The notes below the pieces were generated by a model. It did no database searches. It saw only the letters and a program-made list of their open reading frames with translations, and was not told where the DNA came from. A stretch of 64,000 nucleotides of DNA from Pseudomonadota bacterium (lineage in GTDB: Bacteria; Pseudomonadota; Gammaproteobacteria; JAKAQQ01): the NCBI GenBank assembly GCA_027320085.1, contig DAHVLZ010000009.1:224001-288000 (forward strand). The letters run 5' to 3'. This document shows, in pieces, positions 9,378-19,561 of the stretch. Numbering within the stretch: the stretch's first letter is position 1; each line of letters starts with the position of its first letter. A program made the translations under genes and the position numbers.

Positions 9378-11942
9378 TCAAAAGATGTGCCGCTTGCGCT
9401 TGACGCGCTGGCTGTTAACACAGTGCCCCGGCAACTTGTTCACCTCAAAAACCTCAAACATGGTGTCCGAATCTGAAGGACCGCACAGCAACCCTGTCCG
9501 TGCATCAATTCGCGCGGTCACAATACCTGGTGGAGGTACGTACGGCCGATCCGGATAACGACTGAGTGCAGGACCCATAAAATCGATCCACATGGGGAGG
9601 GCGGCTCGCGCCCCGACCTCTCCATAACCCAGGCTTTTGTTGTCATCCCGCCCCACATAGGTCATCGCGACAAGATGCGGGTCGAACCCACCGAACCAAG
9701 CATTGATATAGTTGTTGGTCGTGCCAGTTTTTCCAGCCAAGTCTACCCGATGCAGGACCTGTGCAGCTACACCAGTACCGAACTGAATCACCGATTGCAT
9801 GAGGCTGGTCGTGAGGTAAGCATTTTGTGCCGTAATGACTCTGATCGCCCGGCGATTGGGCTGATCGTGAGGGGGCAAAAGCACAGAACCCAACTCCGGA
9901 GGATCCGTTGTAATCCCATCCCGGACTTTCTGTGGCGCAGACGACCGGAGACTCGCTAGCGGAAAAGTGGTAGCTGGCCCTAGCGTTTCCGGAACTTCCC
10001 GATGTGCACCGCAATGCTGACAGGCCCGGTATGGATCAGCCCTGAGAATCACATGACCCGTGCTGTCACGGACACTCCGGATCAGATACGGTTTCGCATA
10101 GTAGCCACCGCTCGCGAATACCGCATAGCCGCGGACCATCTGGAGTGGCGTCACATCTGCGCTGCCGAGAATCAGAGTCAGGTCATGGGGCAGAAGCCGA
10201 GGATGAAGACCAAAACGTCTGAGGTAGCGGAGGCCGTAGGGAATCCCAATATCGGCAAGCACCCGGACTGAAACGAGGTTCCTGGAATGGGCCAGCGCGA
10301 CCCGCAAACGGGTCGGGCCGAAAAAGCGATCCGAATAGTTTCCTGGTCTCCAAACATTGCCCAAGGCGGGGTTCCCCACCACGATCGGTGCATCATTGAT
10401 GATCGTGGCAGGCGTCATTCCCTTGTGCAAGGCCGCTGAGTAAAGAAACGGCTTGAAGGACGATCCCGGCTGGCGGCGGGCCTCCGTCACCCGGTCGAAA
10501 TTTGACAATGCGAAAGAAAAACCCCCAACCAAAGCACGGAGGGCATCCGTATGCGGATCCAAAACCACGATCGCCCCTTCGGCCCATGGCAACTGGGCTA
10601 GCACCCACTGCCCATCACCTCGACGCATGACATAAATCTCATCGCCGGCCCTGAGGACATTCGAAGCTTTCCCCGGCAATGGAGCGAACTGCGAAACCCC
10701 GTGAAAAGGCCGTGCCCAAGAAAGCGCCGACCAAGCTAAATGGATGGTCTGGCCGTCTAGTCCCCGGACGACTGCGGTCCGTTTCTCCACTCGGATCACC
10801 ACCGCCCGATGCAGACCATTAACCTGGGTCACGGTGGAAAGCGTCCGCCGTACCTTCGCTCGCCAGCCTGAGAAACCTCGGATTCGCCCTACTGGACCTC
10901 GATACCCGTAACGTCGGCAATAAGCCTCGAGGGCCCGGCGCAGAGCCCGCTCGGCCAAGACCTGTAACCGACCACTGATCGTCGTCGTCACGCGAAACCC
11001 AGCGGTGTAAGCAGCTCGGCCGAAATGGGCCACCATATACTGTCGCACTAGTTCCGCCACATATCCAGCGGACAGCGATGCCGGAGGGCGGTGGAGATGG
11101 GTACGGACCGGGGCTTGCATCGCTTGTCCATAAAGAAACCGGTTGATATACCCCAGGGTCAGCATTCGTTTGAGCACATAGGCACGCCGGGCGCGCGCCC
11201 GTGACACGCTGGCAATCGGATTGTCAATTGAGGGTGCCTCCGGCAACCCGGCCAGCAGAGCCATCTCGGCGAGAGACAACTTCTGCACCGGAACCCCAAA
11301 ATACACATGGGCCGCAGCGGCCACACCATAGGCACGGTTCCCAAAATAGATTTTGTTGAGATAAAGCGAGAGAATCCGCTCCTTGCTAAGTTCATGTGCA
11401 ATCCGCAAGGACAGAAAAACTTCACGAATTTTGCGCAGATAGGTCTTCTGGTGGCCCAAGAAGAAATTACGCGCAACCTGCATCGTGATGGTCCCTCCCC
11501 CTTGGGTCTTTCGTCCGGTCAGAAGGAGATGAATACTGGCTCGAACCAGTCCCTTGATGCTGATTCCGGGATGCGAGAAGTAGTGCCCGTCTTCTGCCGC
11601 CAAGAACGCATCGATCAATAACGGTGGGGTATCCCGGAAGGCTAGGGGTTTCCTACGCTCATCTCCGTATTCCCCGATCAACTCCCCATCCCGGGTATAG
11701 ATTTTGAGGGGGGTTTGGAGCTGGATGGTCCTCAGCAACTGGACCGATGGAAGACTGGGGGCGACATAGAGGTAGACCCCCCCGACCACGAGAATCCCGA
11801 GAGTAGCTGCCAAAACAAAGGCCACCCAACCCCAAAAGGCCAGATGGAGCAGGTGCTTCCAGTGGCTGGGGGCTCCTCCCCCCCCCTGAGGAGGCTGGCT
11901 TCTACGGACCGCAGGGCGGGACTGACCTGTTGACAGAGTCAT
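9378..11942 (-). CDS. mrcA: Penicillin-binding protein 1A
   Basis: N-terminal TM, AAED..YF.HPG, GGGTITMQVARNFF, RQPGSSFKP (SxxK), SRN, KTGTT; divergent from pilM. Confidence 0.96.
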   Translation of the reverse strand: MTLSTGQSRPAVRRSQPPQGGGGAPSHWKHLLHLAFWGWVAFVLAATLGILVVGGVYLYVAPSLPSVQLLRTIQLQTPLKIYTRDGELIGEYGDERRKPLAFRDTPPLLIDAFLAAEDGHYFSHPGISIKGLVRASIHLLLTGRKTQGGGTITMQVARNFFLGHQKTYLRKIREVFLSLRIAHELSKERILSLYLNKIYFGNRAYGVAAAAHVYFGVPVQKLSLAEMALLAGLPEAPSIDNPIASVSRARARRAYVLKRMLTLGYINRFLYGQAMQAPVRTHLHRPPASLSAGYVAELVRQYMVAHFGRAAYTAGFRVTTTISGRLQVLAERALRRALEAYCRRYGYRGPVGRIRGFSGWRAKVRRTLSTVTQVNGLHRAVVIRVEKRTAVVRGLDGQTIHLAWSALSWARPFHGVSQFAPLPGKASNVLRAGDEIYVMRRGDGQWVLAQLPWAEGAIVVLDPHTDALRALVGGFSFALSNFDRVTEARRQPGSSFKPFLYSAALHKGMTPATIINDAPIVVGNPALGNVWRPGNYSDRFFGPTRLRVALAHSRNLVSVRVLADIGIPYGLRYLRRFGLHPRLLPHDLTLILGSADVTPLQMVRGYAVFASGGYYAKPYLIRSVRDSTGHVILRADPYRACQHCGAHREVPETLGPATTFPLASLRSSAPQKVRDGITTDPPELGSVLLPPHDQPNRRAIRVITAQNAYLTTSLMQSVIQFGTGVAAQVLHRVDLAGKTGTTNNYINAWFGGFDPHLVAMTYVGRDDNKSLGYGEVGARAALPMWIDFMGPALSRYPDRPYVPPPGIVTARIDARTGLLCGPSDSDTMFEVFEVNKLPGHCVNSQRVKRKRHIF

Positions 11943-12022
11943 GGGATGCGCTATAGTGGCACTTAAACTTCAGATTGAAGAGTATATTACCTTCACAAAG
12001 CCGGATTACTAAAGGGAAAAAC

Positions 12023-13087
12023 GTGTTCCTCAACTCCCGCAAACTGCCGCACCTGTTGGGCATCGACCTGAGTTCCTCGGCCATCAAAGTCGTGGAAATG
12101 TCCCTTTCCAATCAGGGTTACAAGATTGAGCACTACGGCGTCGAGCCGTTGCCCAGCAATGCGATCGGCGACAAACTCATGCTGGATGTTGAAAGCACAG
12201 GTGAGGCTATTCGTCGTGCCATCAAAAAAAGCGGCTCAAAACTGAAAAAGGCAGCGGTTGCCGTTGGTGGGGCCCAGATCATCACGACCACCATTGTACT
12301 CCCGGGCGAGCTCGATGAGCATGAAATGAACGACCAGATCGCCCTCCAGCTTGATCAGCACATTGCACTCCCCCAGGAGGAGGTCAGTTACGACTTTGAG
12401 GTACGCGGCCCTAACAAGAGTGACCCTACGCAGGTTGATGTCCTTCTGGTGACCACTCGCCGGGAGTATGTCGAAAAGCGGCAAGCGGCCCTTGAGATCG
12501 CTGGCCTCACCGCAGCGATCGTTGACGTCGAGGCTCACGCACTGGATCTGGCTTCACGGCTGCTCGAGAGGCAGATGCCCAACCAAGGGACCCAAAAGCT
12601 TGTGGCCATCGCTGATTTCGGTGCAACTCTCACAACCCTTTGTCTTCGTTACGACCATCAGCTGGTCTACTACCGGGACCAGGCATTCGGCGGCAAGCTC
12701 TTGACCGAGGAAATCATGCGCTACTACGGTCTCAGCTTCGAGGAAGCCGGATTGTCCAAGCGTCGTGGGGGACTGCCGAGTTCATACCAAAAGGAGGTGC
12801 TCGAACCGTTCATGGATGAGATGGTCAAACAGATCAAAAACTTCTATCGGCAGTATCAGGAAACAAACAGTAACAACCAGAAGCTGGACCAAATCCAGGT
12901 TTGTGGCGGCTGTGGTCAGATTCCAGGTGTCGCAGAGTACATTGAACGCCAGATCGGTATTCCAACCGTCACCGCAAACCCCCTATTGTCTCTGACCTTG
13001 GCCAACCAGCCCAAGGCCGCTCATATTGAGCAGGATGCCTCTACCCTGATGATTGCCATGGGACTCGCCATGAGGAGCTTCAGCTAA
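12023..13087 (+). CDS. pilM: Type IV pilus assembly protein PilM
   Basis: LGIDLSSSAIKVVE, IVDVEAHAL, ADFGA, FGGKLLT, MIAMGLAMRSF; GTG start after purine-rich RBS. Confidence 0.95.
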   Translation: MFLNSRKLPHLLGIDLSSSAIKVVEMSLSNQGYKIEHYGVEPLPSNAIGDKLMLDVESTGEAIRRAIKKSGSKLKKAAVAVGGAQIITTTIVLPGELDEHEMNDQIALQLDQHIALPQEEVSYDFEVRGPNKSDPTQVDVLLVTTRREYVEKRQAALEIAGLTAAIVDVEAHALDLASRLLERQMPNQGTQKLVAIADFGATLTTLCLRYDHQLVYYRDQAFGGKLLTEEIMRYYGLSFEEAGLSKRRGGLPSSYQKEVLEPFMDEMVKQIKNFYRQYQETNSNNQKLDQIQVCGGCGQIPGVAEYIERQIGIPTVTANPLLSLTLANQPKAAHIEQDASTLMIAMGLAMRSFS

Positions 13088-13089
13088 CC

Positions 13090-13677
13090 ATGCCTCGCAT
13101 CAACCTACTGCCGCACCGCGAACTGGAGCGTCAGGAACGCCAGGAGCGTTTCAACCGGATTTTGGCCGGTATTTTCATGTTATCGGTTCTCCTGGTCGCC
13201 CTAATCGACATCCAAGTTAATAGTCTGGTGAGTGAGCAACGGTCCAGGAACCGTTACCTCGAATCCGAAATCCAGAAGGTGACCGAGGAAATCGGCCAAG
13301 TCAACGAACTCCGTTCCATGCGCACCCGTCTACTTGACCGAATCCGCGTTATTGAGCGTCTGCAGGCTCGCCGTTCTACCCCAGCTCACCTCTTTGACCA
13401 ACTGACGCGGACTATACCCGCCGGAGTGTATCTGACCAAACTCGCGGAAAACCCCCAGGGCGCTATTGTCCTCAGTGGGATTGCCCAGTCTCCGGCCAAG
13501 GTCTCCAACTATATGCGCCGCATTGCCGCATCCCCTTGGCTGGCCGATCCACAGCTGAACATCGTGAGGACCCATAGCGTGGGACCACTCCGTCGCAGCG
13601 TGTTCATCGTCCAAACACATGTCGTAAACAAAAATGCCCATAAGGCACACCGTCCTTCCCGGAGCCGGCGACCATGA
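13090..13677 (+). CDS. pilN: Type IV pilus protein PilN
   Basis: MPRINLLPHRE motif, TM, coiled coil, IPAGVYL. Confidence 0.95.
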   Translation: MPRINLLPHRELERQERQERFNRILAGIFMLSVLLVALIDIQVNSLVSEQRSRNRYLESEIQKVTEEIGQVNELRSMRTRLLDRIRVIERLQARRSTPAHLFDQLTRTIPAGVYLTKLAENPQGAIVLSGIAQSPAKVSNYMRRIAASPWLADPQLNIVRTHSVGPLRRSVFIVQTHVVNKNAHKAHRPSRSRRP

Positions 13678-14309
13678 AATGGAGTGAACTCAAAGATTTC
13701 GAGATCAGGAACCTGAACCTGAAGGAGTCGGCCATCTGGCCAGCTCCAATCAAGATCATCTTTTCTGGCCTGATCGTTGCCTTCACTATCCTAATCGGCT
13801 ACTTCCTCATAATCCGCGGGGGAATCAGTACACTACACCAAGCAGAACGCCACGAAACCGTCCTGAAAAGGGATTTCAAGTCCAAAGCCTTGCTCGCGGC
13901 CGCCCTACCAGCCTACCAAACCCAGTTCAAGGAAATGCAGCAAACCTATGGCGTTATGCTGCACCAGCTCCCCAGCAGGGATGAAATTCCGTCCCTCCTG
14001 CGTGACATTTCAACGACTGCCCAGCTTGATGGGCTGAAACAACGGCTTTTTAAACCGGTAGGCGTTATCCGGAAGCACTTTTATGCCGAACAACCGATCG
14101 TCATGGAGTATGTGGGAACGTTCCACCAGTTAGGCAAGTTCGTGAGTGATGTCGGCGCACTACCCCGGATTGTCACACTCTCTCAGTTTTCCATTCAACC
14201 CCTGGCGCACGCTCCGAATCTTCTTTCAATGCAGGTCACCGGCTATACCTACCGCTATTTCGAAAAGGCCCGTCGGGGATTTGCAGGTCATCCGGGAGGA
14301 CACCCATGA
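13674..14309 (+). CDS. pilO: Type IV pilus protein PilO
   Basis: WPAPIK, TM, QLPSRDEIPSLL, FYAEQPI, LPRIVTL. Confidence 0.94.
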   Translation: MKWSELKDFEIRNLNLKESAIWPAPIKIIFSGLIVAFTILIGYFLIIRGGISTLHQAERHETVLKRDFKSKALLAAALPAYQTQFKEMQQTYGVMLHQLPSRDEIPSLLRDISTTAQLDGLKQRLFKPVGVIRKHFYAEQPIVMEYVGTFHQLGKFVSDVGALPRIVTLSQFSIQPLAHAPNLLSMQVTGYTYRYFEKARRGFAGHPGGHP

Positions 14310-14827
14310 AAGAGCCACGTCGCTCCGCTTTCCGGATCCTGATCATCGTTGCTACCGGGTGTTTTATCCTCGCTGGATGCTCGAACTCTAGCGAGCGGCT
14401 GCGCGCATGGGTCACCCGTATCCAGAGCGAGAGGGCTGGACCCCTGCCACCGTTACCCACGGTACCTCCATACCACCCTTTCCGGTTCGCGGATCTCAAC
14501 CTTCGTTCCCCGTTCATGCCCACGGGGACGGCCGGTCACGCCATTCCCAACCTGAATCGTCCTCGCCAGTATCTTGAACGCTTCCCGTTGGACAGCCTGA
14601 GCATGGTGGGTACCATCCGGTCCCATGGCTTTTGGTACGCCCTGATCAAGGATCCCAATGGTCTGATCCACCGTGTATCGGTAGGAGACTACTTGGGACA
14701 GGACGACGGCAAGATCGTTTCCATCTCAACGGGGGGAGTCGAACTGCGTGAGTTGCTGCCCAACGGCACCGGTGGTTGGGTCTCCGAACGTGCATATCTT
14801 CCCCTCTCCGTGGCCTCGGGAGGCTAA
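14306..14827 (+). CDS. pilP: Type IV pilus lipoprotein PilP
   Basis: Lipobox LAGC, LRSPF, LERFPLDSLSMVGTI, GDYLGQDDG. Confidence 0.94.
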   Translation: MKEPRRSAFRILIIVATGCFILAGCSNSSERLRAWVTRIQSERAGPLPPLPTVPPYHPFRFADLNLRSPFMPTGTAGHAIPNLNRPRQYLERFPLDSLSMVGTIRSHGFWYALIKDPNGLIHRVSVGDYLGQDDGKIVSISTGGVELRELLPNGTGGWVSERAYLPLSVASGG

Positions 14828-14832
14828 CAGCC

Positions 14833-16989
14833 ATGATCCAACATAATCGCAATCTGCATTCCAATCTCCGATCCAACCTCCCAGTTGCTCTCTTGGCGGG
14901 CGGCATCATGGCAGTCATGCTTGGTCCCTTGGCTCACGCCAATACGTTGCGGTCGGTGACCTCGGTCGGCTTGCCGGGCAACCGGGTCCAGTTAGCGCTG
15001 CACCTCAGTGGCCCCGTCCCACGAACGCTCAGTTTCACCGTAAGCACCCCTCCCTACATCGCGATCGATCTCCTCCATACCACATTGGGAACCCTCCCTG
15101 AGCAGCAGCGAGTTGGCATCGGCGCCGTTCGCAACGTAAGCCTCGCTCAAGCCGAGGGCCGGACCCGGGTTGTCCTGGGTCTCAAAACCGTGGAACCTTT
15201 TCACTTGCTTCGTAAGGGGGACACGCTGTTTGTGATTATCGGTGCAGCATCGCAGCAGCAAAGGGCCTTCGGACCCGTCAGCCGCTTTGCCGAAGCTCCA
15301 TCAAGAGCAGTTCAGCGAAGCGTTGTTCCTGGTATTAGGGCCATTCATTTTTCAAGGAGCTCGAACGGTGCTGGACAGATCAACATCCTGCTTAACACTC
15401 AGACGATAACCGGAAATGTCCAACAAGTTGGACACCGGATCACGGTGATGTTTAGGAATGCTCACCTGCCTCACCGGCTTGAGAAACGGTATCAGGTAAC
15501 GGAATTTGCAACACCAGTGCAGGAGTTTACAGCCCGACAAATAGGGCATAACGTCCGCCTGGTTATCAGGGGCTATGGCCACTTTTCCCAGCTCGCCTAT
15601 CAAAGCAACAGACAGTTCTCAGTCGAGCTGCAACCCTTGACTTCCCTCCAGCAACGGCTGCAGGCGAGACGGGTTTTTGTCGGCGCACCGCTGACCCTCA
15701 ACTTCCAGCACATCCCTGTCCGCGCTGTTCTACAGATCTTGGCGGACTTCAGCAAGACCAACTTGGTAGTGGCCAATGACGTCCATGGGGACATCACCCT
15801 ACGGTTGCACGACGTGCCATGGGACCAAGCGTTACATATCATTCTCGTATCTGAAGGTCTTGGGATGCGCAAACAGGGTAATGTGATGATGATTGCACCT
15901 ATTGCGCAACTGGCTGCAGAGGAACGCCAACAAGCAGCCGCCCGCCGTCAGCTCCAGGTTCTCGCGCCACTCCATACAGCCTATCTCAGGGTCAACTATG
16001 CCCAAGCCGCCAGCCTACAACTTCTGATCGAGCAACAAAAACACCTGCTCGGCCCCCGTGGAAGCGTCAGTGTCGATCCCCGGACGAATATGCTGATTGT
16101 GCAGGACACAAGTACTCGGATCGCGGAAGTCCGGCGGCTCGTGGGAACGCTGGATATCCCAGTCCGCCAAGTCCTTATTTCCTCTCGAATCGTTGTGGCG
16201 ACCGACGATTTCTCCAAAAATCTAGGAACCCAGCTCGGCCTAGTCGGTGTTGGCCAGACGGGTCCGGACAGTCTGGTCAGTGTGACTGGAGATTCAACTG
16301 GCAATAATACTATCCAGCAGTCGGCACTGGCTAACTACAATACGACCGGAAATTTCCAGCCAGTCACTTTTCCGGCTCTCGGTGATCAGTTGGCGGTCAA
16401 CAATCCAGCCACGAGTTCGATCGGTTCAGTCGGAACACTGGCCGTTGGTATCCTCAACTCAAACTATCTCATCAACCTAGAGCTTTCGGCCTTGCAATCA
16501 GAGGGGCTGGGGGAAGTTGTCTCAAGTCCGCGTGTCATCACGGCTGACGAACAAAAAGCCACGATCGAACAGGGTGTTGAGATTCCCTATCAGGAGGCGG
16601 CTTCCAGCGGTGCCACCTCTGTCGCCTTTAAAAAGGCCGTGCTTCGGCTCGAAGTAACACCACAAATTACCCCAGACAACCGGATTATCATGAACCTCGA
16701 GGTTCGGAACGACTCCATTGGCCAAGAAGTGCCAACGGGTTCCGGAGGTGAAGTGCCATCGATTGATACCCGATCGATCAAAACCGATGTACTCGTTAAC
16801 AATGGGGACACCATTGTTCTCGGTGGCATTTATGAAACCGATCGGACCAAAACTGTGAACAAGGTTCCTCTACTTGGCGATATTCCACTTTTGGGGTGGC
16901 TTTTCCGTAATACATCCATTACGAATAACAAGGATCAGGTCATTGTTTTCGTCACGCCAAAGATCATGAATCAGGCTTTGAACCAGTGA
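14833..16989 (+). CDS. pilQ: Type IV pilus secretin PilQ
   Basis: AMIN-like N-terminus, LNFQHIPVRAVLQIL, VPWDQAL, QGVEIPY, VPLLGDIPLLGWLFR, FVTPKI. Confidence 0.96.
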   Translation: MIQHNRNLHSNLRSNLPVALLAGGIMAVMLGPLAHANTLRSVTSVGLPGNRVQLALHLSGPVPRTLSFTVSTPPYIAIDLLHTTLGTLPEQQRVGIGAVRNVSLAQAEGRTRVVLGLKTVEPFHLLRKGDTLFVIIGAASQQQRAFGPVSRFAEAPSRAVQRSVVPGIRAIHFSRSSNGAGQINILLNTQTITGNVQQVGHRITVMFRNAHLPHRLEKRYQVTEFATPVQEFTARQIGHNVRLVIRGYGHFSQLAYQSNRQFSVELQPLTSLQQRLQARRVFVGAPLTLNFQHIPVRAVLQILADFSKTNLVVANDVHGDITLRLHDVPWDQALHIILVSEGLGMRKQGNVMMIAPIAQLAAEERQQAAARRQLQVLAPLHTAYLRVNYAQAASLQLLIEQQKHLLGPRGSVSVDPRTNMLIVQDTSTRIAEVRRLVGTLDIPVRQVLISSRIVVATDDFSKNLGTQLGLVGVGQTGPDSLVSVTGDSTGNNTIQQSALANYNTTGNFQPVTFPALGDQLAVNNPATSSIGSVGTLAVGILNSNYLINLELSALQSEGLGEVVSSPRVITADEQKATIEQGVEIPYQEAASSGATSVAFKKAVLRLEVTPQITPDNRIIMNLEVRNDSIGQEVPTGSGGEVPSIDTRSIKTDVLVNNGDTIVLGGIYETDRTKTVNKVPLLGDIPLLGWLFRNTSITNNKDQVIVFVTPKIMNQALNQ

Positions 16990-17101
16990 TATCGCCCGGA
17001 TTCCGGCCCTGGATGGTACAGGGCCGGCATGCCGCAAGTCGGGCAGGTATCGAAAGGCATTCGGATTTCGTCTGAACGAGGTAGATCGCCGGGGGTATGC
17101 G

Positions 17102-17653
17102 ATGGCCCGGACCGCAGGTCACCGTCCGTTCGAACGCGTTTTCATGGTTGGACCCATGGGTGCCGGGAAGACGGTGATCGGTCGGCACTTGGCCCACCAA
17201 ATGGGCTGGGCATTTCTCGACACTGATCACATGATCGAAGCCGAACTGGGAACCGATATTCCGACGATTTTTTCAATCGAAGGAGAAGCAGGATTCCGCC
17301 GTCACGAACACGTCGTTCTGACACGCCTCCTTAACCACCAGCAAACCGTCATAGCAACCGGTGGAGGCTGTGTTTTGTTGCCTGAAAACCGGGCTCTCCT
17401 CACCTATCACAGCCGTGTTGTCCTGATTGTTGTGGATCCAGCCCTGCAATTGGAAAGAACACGGGTTCACTCGAACCGTCCAATTCTGGAATCAGGTGAT
17501 CCCGGGGGAACGCTGAATCGCTTGTGGATCGAGCGGCGAACCCTGTATCATTCGATCGCGGACTTAATTCTTGACAGTTCACGAGGGCATCCCCGGACAC
17601 TGGCGGCATCGCTCCTTCCCCACCTTCTCATCAAACCACAAACTGAAACATGA
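17102..17653 (+). CDS. aroK: Shikimate kinase
   Basis: GPMGAGKT, DTD, EGEAGFR, IATGGG, RP; follows pilQ. Confidence 0.95.
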   Translation: MARTAGHRPFERVFMVGPMGAGKTVIGRHLAHQMGWAFLDTDHMIEAELGTDIPTIFSIEGEAGFRRHEHVVLTRLLNHQQTVIATGGGCVLLPENRALLTYHSRVVLIVVDPALQLERTRVHSNRPILESGDPGGTLNRLWIERRTLYHSIADLILDSSRGHPRTLAASLLPHLLIKPQTET

Positions 17654-18759
17654 ATCTGCCGCAGTCCAGCTGGGATCTTTTAGTTGATGGAAGTTCCTCC
17701 ACTCGGATCTTTTTCGAAACGGGCGGGCTCCACCGATCGGGATGGCTCGCCCCTTGGACCGAGGGACGGGATGTCCTGATCCTCACGGATGAAACCGTGG
17801 CTAGGCTCTACCTAGAACCATTCCGAAAAGCTTTGGGCGCAGCGCGCTTGCTTTGCCACAAGGTCGTTCCTGGAGAACGGTCAAAAAGCATGGGGAATTA
17901 TCTCTCGATAATCGATCGTTTATTGGATAGCCATTTCGGACGGGACATGATTCTAATCGGCCTAGGCGGCGGTGTGATTGGCGATCTCGGGGGTTTTGTG
18001 GCTGCAACCTACCAACGGGGTGTCGATTATCTCCTCTGCCCAACAACCCTGATTGCCCAGCTCGATGCCTGCCTTGGTGGGAAAACTGGGATCGATCTTC
18101 CAAAAGGTAAAAATCTGATCGGTGCATTCCACCAACCCAAAGCCATCGGTGTGGATCCATCAGCGCTTGAGACACTGGACCGCTCTGAGTTTCGCTCTGG
18201 TCTCGCGGAAGCTATCAAATACGGAGCTGGACTGGATGAGGCTTTTTTTGAATGGATTGACAATCACTTGGACCATCTCCTGGCCCGTGATCCCTCAGCA
18301 CTTGACCAGCTTGTGCGTCGCTGTCTGATTCTCAAGTCTGAAATTGTCAACTTGGATCCAAAGGAAACAGGTTCCCGACGGGTTCTTCTCAACCTCGGCC
18401 ACACCTTTGGGCACGCGATTGAAGCGGCAACCGGGTACGGGGTACGCCACGGTGAAGCTGTCGCAGTCGGGCTATTACTTGCAGCAGAACTCTCCTGTCG
18501 TTCGAACGGATTGTCTCGCGCATCTGCTGAACGAATCCGGCTTGTGGTGGAGCGGTGTGGTTTGCCCGTCTGTTTGCCGCCCCTCGAAACCGCTAAACTT
18601 CTGCCATTCTTATCACGTGACAAGAAAAATAAGGGCGGCCAGCTGGTTTTTGTTCTTCTCAAAGGACTCGGGCAATCCGCGGTCGTCCGTGACCTGCCCT
18701 TACATGAGGTCACGCGAATCCTTGATGAATGGCCACGTTCTGACTGGCCTAGCGATTGA
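17650..18759 (+). CDS. aroB: 3-dehydroquinate synthase
   Basis: GGGVIGDLGGF, PTTL.AQ.DA..GGKT, NLGHTFGHAIE, HGEAV. Confidence 0.96.
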   Translation: MNLPQSSWDLLVDGSSSTRIFFETGGLHRSGWLAPWTEGRDVLILTDETVARLYLEPFRKALGAARLLCHKVVPGERSKSMGNYLSIIDRLLDSHFGRDMILIGLGGGVIGDLGGFVAATYQRGVDYLLCPTTLIAQLDACLGGKTGIDLPKGKNLIGAFHQPKAIGVDPSALETLDRSEFRSGLAEAIKYGAGLDEAFFEWIDNHLDHLLARDPSALDQLVRRCLILKSEIVNLDPKETGSRRVLLNLGHTFGHAIEAATGYGVRHGEAVAVGLLLAAELSCRSNGLSRASAERIRLVVERCGLPVCLPPLETAKLLPFLSRDKKNKGGQLVFVLLKGLGQSAVVRDLPLHEVTRILDEWPRSDWPSD

Positions 18760-18829
18760 GCAGGTTCGGGAAGTTTTTCACCAGCTCCCTATCGACCCAA
18801 ACGGGCATTCATGCTAGGATGCCGCCGGC

Positions 18830-19561
18830 ATGAACACACTCCTCTGCCCATCCCGTAATGAACGCCTGATCGTAGCGCTGGATGTCAGTGACCACCGCCA
18901 AGCCCAGCAATTGGTTGAACTCCTGGGTGAGGCAGTTTCGGTGTACAAAATCGGCCTTGAACTTTTGATGAGCGGTGACTATTTTGAGCTTGTGAAATGG
19001 TTGCAAAATCGTGGCAAAAGGATTTTTGCCGACATTAAGTTCTTTGACGTTCCAGCCACCGTCGCCCGTGCTGTTCGCAACCTTTCCCGGTGGGGCGTGG
19101 ACTTTGCAACCGTCCATGGAAATCAAGCCATGATGGAGGCAGCCAACCAAGAGAAAGGAAGTATGCGCCTTCTGGCAGTAACCGCACTTACTAGTCTAGA
19201 TCAGCACGACCTTCAGGACCTTGGCTTCTCGTGCAATCCTGAGGAACTGGTTCTCTCGCGCACCCGTCGGGCCATTGAAGCCGGACTCGATGGTGTGATC
19301 TGTTCCGGCCTAGAAACACACACCTTGCGCCGAGTACTGGGATCACACTTTCTGATCGCCACGCCAGGCATCCGGCCGGTAGTTAATAAGGCTCCAGATG
19401 ATCAGAAACGTGTTTCTACAGCGCGGGAAGCACTGGCTGCGGGCGCTGATTATGTGGTCGTTGGACGCCCAGTTAGAGACGCAATTGATCCGCGACGGGT
19501 CGCGGAAGATCTTCAGCAAGAGATTCGGGATTTTTTGAATGACGCCAAACCAAGATCTTGA
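18830..19561 (+). CDS. pyrF: Orotidine-5'-phosphate decarboxylase
   Basis: LIVALD, KIGLEL, FADIKFFDVPATV, TPGIRP, DDQKR, VVGRP. Confidence 0.96.
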   Translation: MNTLLCPSRNERLIVALDVSDHRQAQQLVELLGEAVSVYKIGLELLMSGDYFELVKWLQNRGKRIFADIKFFDVPATVARAVRNLSRWGVDFATVHGNQAMMEAANQEKGSMRLLAVTALTSLDQHDLQDLGFSCNPEELVLSRTRRAIEAGLDGVICSGLETHTLRRVLGSHFLIATPGIRPVVNKAPDDQKRVSTAREALAAGADYVVVGRPVRDAIDPRRVAEDLQQEIRDFLNDAKPRS